Shown: one piece after another, positions 17,201-20,000 of the stretch
Numbering within the stretch: the stretch's first letter is position 1
Layout of the letters: each line of letters opens with the position of its first letter
IMG/VR virus record: IMGVR_UViG_3300009136_000003
Length of the DNA: 20,000 bases
Origin: an uncultured virus (IMG/VR IMGVR_UViG_3300009136_000003)
Taxonomy: Duplodnaviria; Heunggongvirae; Uroviricota; Caudoviricetes; Crassvirales
Direction: 5' to 3' (one strand)
Position numbers and translations under genes: made by a program
The notes under the pieces: model-generated
Told to the model about the DNA's origin: nothing
The model's input: only the letters and a program-made list of their open reading frames with translations
Database searches by the model: none

Positions 17201-20000
17201 ATACACATAAACGGAACGAAGGCTAATAACAAAACAGTAGCACACGAGGTGTTCCACGCATTGCTGTTGAGGACAGGGATAACTAACGAGCAGGCTAAGG
17301 CTATTACGGATAAAATGCTAAAAGCGGTGAAGAAGACTGCATCGCCTGAGTTGATTGAAAAATTAGAAAAGTTCTCTAGCAATTATAAATCCTCACTACA
17401 GAGCGAGGAGAGTATAGCGGAGTTGTTTGGGTTACTAGCATCAGAGTATCCGAACCTAGACGCACCTACTCAGAGTATAGTAAAGAGATGGCTTGATAAG
17501 ATAGCTAAGATACTAAGGCTTAAGCCATTTACTGACGCTGAGGTTATTGACTTACTAAATGCGGTGTCTGCAAAGGTTGAGGCAGGACAAGAGATTACAG
17601 AGCAGGATGTTGCTATACTAGATGGTAGTGTTAGTGGTGTTATAAATACAAAAGCGAGAAAGCAAGCCTCTGTATTAACAAGTTTTACTTTGAAAAGGTT
17701 TCCTACAAATACAAATATAAAGTTATCGGAGGATACTCCTTTAAGTGATTTCAATGAAAAAAAATCCAACCTACTTGAATCGGATAGAATGACAGGAGCT
17801 TTTATAGCTGATGCTAATAATAATCCTGTGTTTAAATTCTTTGGTGGAATATACTTCCCACAGATAACAGGTAAGTGGTGGGCATCTAGAACTATTTCTA
17901 AGGCGAATGGGGTAGCCAAGAATATGAACGCTAATAGAGACAAGGATGGTTATATTTATGCAACACCAATCATAATGAAGCCGAACTCTCATATGAGTAA
18001 TCAAGATATGTTTGAGACTGTGTGGGAGTTTATGAAGTTTGATTTAAGGTCAAAGTCTAGTAAGGTAACTAAGAAGTTATTTCACGAATACTTAACCAAA
18101 GCTCTTACATTAAAATCAGTAAACTTATCTGAATCGGACTTAAATATAAAAAAGTCTGACAACATAGAAGTAATGATTAGTAAGCTAAACGATGTTTTAC
18201 TAGGCAAAGAAATAGATAATCTTAATTATGATTCTACTAAACCTGAATCAATAGATAACGCTAAAACAATAATTAAAGAATCAAACCTTTCGTTTGAAAA
18301 AAGGAAGGCAATTATAAAAGGTATTTTAGGAGACCCTAAGATAACCGAAGACAGAAAGTTTCCAACGGCAGGTTCTATATCAGAAGTGGCATCTAAGTTT
18401 GAGGAAGAAAAAACTAAGCAGGCAACTAAACTTTGGGATGTAGTAATGCTGATGAGAACAAAAGGAACTTTGTCTACAAAGGTTACTCCAAAGTCAGATG
18501 AATTTTACCATAAGTCATATCCTGCAGAGATATTTTCAGACCAAGAGATAGAGGTTTTCTTTTTAGATGGAGCTTATAATATAGACACAACATATCCTGT
18601 ACTTACTCAGTCATCAGGAAAAGTTTTCTCGTGGAAGGAGTATTCTGAAAAACATCCATCAGCGGCAATGGCATTAAGTCAGTATGGTAGGACTGCTAAG
18701 TTATCACAAGCTAGTGGTGATATAGTAGCAAGCCCTCAGTCTCGTAAGCAGAAGCCTAACTACAAAATAGCAAAAATTAATACACCCAACACAACTATAA
18801 ATGTTGTTGAAGGAGCAGGAACTGATAGTTTTGAGATAGCAACTAAAGATTATAAAGCCACCGAAGGAGTAGAAGGCTCTACAATAATTGGTTTTGTTAA
18901 AAATAAAGATTTTCCGGGAGAAAAAAAGAAAGAAACAAGGGGAGAGATTTTTATTCTTCAAGTAGGTGATAAAGGAAAAGGAACAGGTACTTCTTTAATG
19001 TTAGATGCATTAAGATTAATGAAAGAAAATGGAACAAAAACTGTTAAGTTTACAGTTCCAAGTAAAGAAGGAAAACCATTTAATGAATCTTTAGTTCGTA
19101 AGGGATATATAAATTTACTTAAAGTAAGCGATAGAACCGGTACTTCTGAATATGAAATAACAGATAAGGTTTTAGAAGACGCACCTCAGTCTCGTAAGCA
19201 GAAAATAGGGAGAACTACAAGACTAGCTCCTAATGGAAAGCAATCTAACTTAACTGACGTGCAGTATGATGCTGTAAGAACGCCTGCGTTTAAGAAGTGG
19301 TTCGGTAATTGGGAGACAGACCCTGAGAATGCGAGTAAAGTAGTGGACGAGAATGGTGAGCCTAGAGTTGTATGGAGAGGCAGGGACACAAGTAAAGGTG
19401 ATGTTGGAGATGTAATAGATATTGGAAAAACCAATGAGGGTGCTTTCTTTGCTGATAATAAAGAGGCTTCCGATTTGTTTATGTCTGAGTTTTTAGGAAT
19501 TAAAAAAGGTGATTATGAAATAATTGAATCGTTTTTAAACATAAGAACCCCGGAAGTATTTGAAGATTTTTGGAATGATTTTATGGGTAATAGAAATTCT
19601 AATAAACCTAATTATAAATACGAACCAAAAAAAGGTGTTGATGGAGCTATAATAAATGATGACGTTTGGCTACAAGAATCAGAAATAGATTGGAAAGAAG
19701 GGCAGTTTGATGAAAATGGTAATCAATTAGAAGAAGAGGTTATTAAAGAAATCGCTTTAGAAGGCAAGCAATTTATTGTTTTTAAACCTAACCAAATAAA
19801 ATCAGCCGATGGCAGCAACACTACTTTTGACCCAAACAAGCCGTCTATACGTAAGCAACAAGACGACAGCAAAGAGGTTAGTGAAATAGAGGGTGAGATT
19901 CAATATTTAGAATCCGAGATTGCAGACAAGCAAGAGGAAATTGCGGCTGAAAAATCTGATACCAAGGATGACATACAGAAAAAGAAGGATGAGATAGCTA
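14219..20000 (+). CDS. Giant polyvalent virion (ejection) protein, 3' truncated: zincin + unknown domain + GNAT + ADP-ribosyltransferase-like domains
   Basis: Manually translated from ATG 14219 (MAIQEIYYTTPNG...) with no stop to the window end (at least 1927 codons). Absent from the ORF track because no stop falls inside the window. A-rich initiation region. Confidence 0.9.
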   Translation, partial: MAIQEIYYTTPNGMKMSQTEALERYGSEQFDALVNEGQLVEFIQEEDPELNQGDSFYESPNGNVYTEGDLANRYGLEAFNKLIDEGHLKKKDSPQEVSSFGGGDLEPTETLPYQDLPEPTEQDFFEGGFGDALRGFDAIVPLGIGDFIDDMTRAVAGGINQGIAGENASDLLFAGSMATDEDIASYIEANQNAQKYGSSQEMQEYQKTYEEYGGVLGVVMGLAKSGLTILPEIMLSSFAAMAANSDALAAGGTIVGGSATAGALTAGAGASVVVPVVGTVVGAAAGAITGAAASLPYAFAAASTALEMGATFSELLQGEIDGELTPEKIKAALSNEKTYTSIRNKAVARGITIGALDMLSGKVGGRIASSVLKKGARATGISSRATKIKAVAAASAVEGVGGSIGETAGIAATNIIGDTKGQDFDISEIILEGIAEIPGGVKDMVSARFSKPKYKVNGERVDAATIDSMIETMTLEQLTESRIQIDNDYEGRDAALQDRKVTLSIENQVRKVIPNITPEAVTEIVTLQKELQSLEGNKTEVGKKRASEIRGSINEIMTNETAEAGVVEVTDEAVVARIKEIKGDDSAYTQEEFDNIKKILEAENEAQLVEAQEEQVITSTEEFRGLEQSEQIDYLEKATKELAAEAEAGGKVDFEITESQALTRANQLFQDNKNEIGRQERLDSRAEKEKKQFGEQHADEKLPYEKGADGKGRAKLYDITKPNEKGVVTAEYVNPETGVVDVIISGQNDDNFVGYVRVYENGKPTNMFTAKMESTGDAFKDMITDAEAKLPDNAEVVETTSISIDGLKSSSKSKRTEKVDADGNVVTRPTPYSAATKESVASAKGTDTNPFENFKTTDKAAAEAEVAKIEAAYPGITATINKRKGPPAPPPRPGTKDKASAKAKPEYTVSVNLPVLVSPKSNNKTKVETDAVKNSRKQQSKVEQQVDNARKALKTIDNEIKVVYHTDDASYRDATNEQSREQSTNGEYNPTTKTIHINGTKANNKTVAHEVFHALLLRTGITNEQAKAITDKMLKAVKKTASPELIEKLEKFSSNYKSSLQSEESIAELFGLLASEYPNLDAPTQSIVKRWLDKIAKILRLKPFTDAEVIDLLNAVSAKVEAGQEITEQDVAILDGSVSGVINTKARKQASVLTSFTLKRFPTNTNIKLSEDTPLSDFNEKKSNLLESDRMTGAFIADANNNPVFKFFGGIYFPQITGKWWASRTISKANGVAKNMNANRDKDGYIYATPIIMKPNSHMSNQDMFETVWEFMKFDLRSKSSKVTKKLFHEYLTKALTLKSVNLSESDLNIKKSDNIEVMISKLNDVLLGKEIDNLNYDSTKPESIDNAKTIIKESNLSFEKRKAIIKGILGDPKITEDRKFPTAGSISEVASKFEEEKTKQATKLWDVVMLMRTKGTLSTKVTPKSDEFYHKSYPAEIFSDQEIEVFFLDGAYNIDTTYPVLTQSSGKVFSWKEYSEKHPSAAMALSQYGRTAKLSQASGDIVASPQSRKQKPNYKIAKINTPNTTINVVEGAGTDSFEIATKDYKATEGVEGSTIIGFVKNKDFPGEKKKETRGEIFILQVGDKGKGTGTSLMLDALRLMKENGTKTVKFTVPSKEGKPFNESLVRKGYINLLKVSDRTGTSEYEITDKVLEDAPQSRKQKIGRTTRLAPNGKQSNLTDVQYDAVRTPAFKKWFGNWETDPENASKVVDENGEPRVVWRGRDTSKGDVGDVIDIGKTNEGAFFADNKEASDLFMSEFLGIKKGDYEIIESFLNIRTPEVFEDFWNDFMGNRNSNKPNYKYEPKKGVDGAIINDDVWLQESEIDWKEGQFDENGNQLEEEVIKEIALEGKQFIVFKPNQIKSADGSNTTFDPNKPSIRKQQDDSKEVSEIEGEIQYLESEIADKQEEIAAEKSDTKDDIQKKKDEIA
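14237..14482 (+). repeat. Tandem protein repeat (49-aa period) at the N-terminus of the giant ORF
   Basis: YYTTPNGMKMSQTEALERYGSEQFDALVNEGQL versus FYESPNGNVYTEGDLANRYGLEAFNKLIDEGHL. Y, PNG, RYG, E, F, L, EG and L are in exact register. Confidence 0.85.
17036..17656 (+). other. Zincin-like metallopeptidase domain within the giant ORF
   Basis: GEYNPTTKTIHIN...TVAHEVFH (HExxH at 17243-17257) and a downstream EESIAE (17405-17422) that could supply the third Zn ligand. Confidence 0.85.
18734..19203 (+). repeat. Perfect 20-nt direct repeat CCTCAGTCTCGTAAGCAGAA at 18734-18753 and 19184-19203
   Basis: Two identical copies 450 nt apart, in the same frame, both encoding PQSRKQK. Confidence 0.95.
18755..19183 (+). 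other. GNAT acetyltransferase-like domain within the giant ORF
   Basis: IFILQVGDKGKGTGTSLMLDALRLMKENG (motif A-like, KGKGTG at 18971-18988), followed by TVKF..PSKEGKPFNESLVRKGY (motif B-like). Confidence 0.7.
19205..19849 (+). other. ADP-ribosyltransferase-like (ART-PolyVal-type) domain within the giant ORF
   Basis: LAPNGKQSNL..VRTPAFKKWFGNWE..SKVVDENGEPRVVWRG..GAFFA..FLNIRTP..GVDGAI..FIVFKPNQIKSA..FDP follows the motif order of the polyvalent-protein ART family. Confidence 0.75.

Noticed and set aside
18734..19203. CRISPR array or IS target-site duplication
   Set aside because: Only two copies, 450 nt apart and in frame within a CDS, with no transposase, inverted repeats or spacer pattern.
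621..19434. All minus-strand ORFs in the track (e.g. 16492-17091, 17470-17943, 13075-13476)
   Set aside because: They lie antisense to long, motif-bearing + strand genes and have Ser/Phe/Leu-rich shadow composition. Those after 14219 only look free-standing because the giant + strand ORF was not listed.
1..20000. Stop-codon reassignment as in some crAss-like phages
   Set aside because: Genes tile the window under the standard code, with TAG ending genes at 2582 and 11205 and no fragmentation.
14219..20000. Virion RNA polymerase as in Crassvirales giant genes
   Set aside because: No DxDxD-type polymerase motif in the translated part. The region beyond 20000 cannot be assessed.

Overview
A single + strand late/structural operon of a podovirus-like dsDNA phage with a crAss-related head-tail module. 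The host is most likely Bacteroidota/Flavobacteria: there are TAnnTTTG promoter elements and A-rich initiation regions with no Shine-Dalgarno sequence. Gene order: partial scaffold-like gene, major capsid protein, a hypothetical, two tail ring/tubular proteins, a large tail stabilisation/muzzle-like protein that looks split around Cys-rich modules, a cupin, two putative ejection proteins, and a giant ORF (14219 to beyond 20000, at least 1927 aa) that the ORF track missed. The C-terminal half of the giant ORF is a polyvalent array: HExxH zincin, unknown domain, GNAT, and an ADP-ribosyltransferase-like domain. Every boundary in this array carries an RKQ motif, four of five encoded by CGTAAGCA, and a perfect 20-nt direct repeat flanks the GNAT. 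This suggests a virion-injected, self-processing effector polyprotein with swappable cassettes. By manual reading the window also appears to lack GATC, CATG and CCAG/CTGG entirely. All family assignments come from motif recall and synteny; no database search was run.
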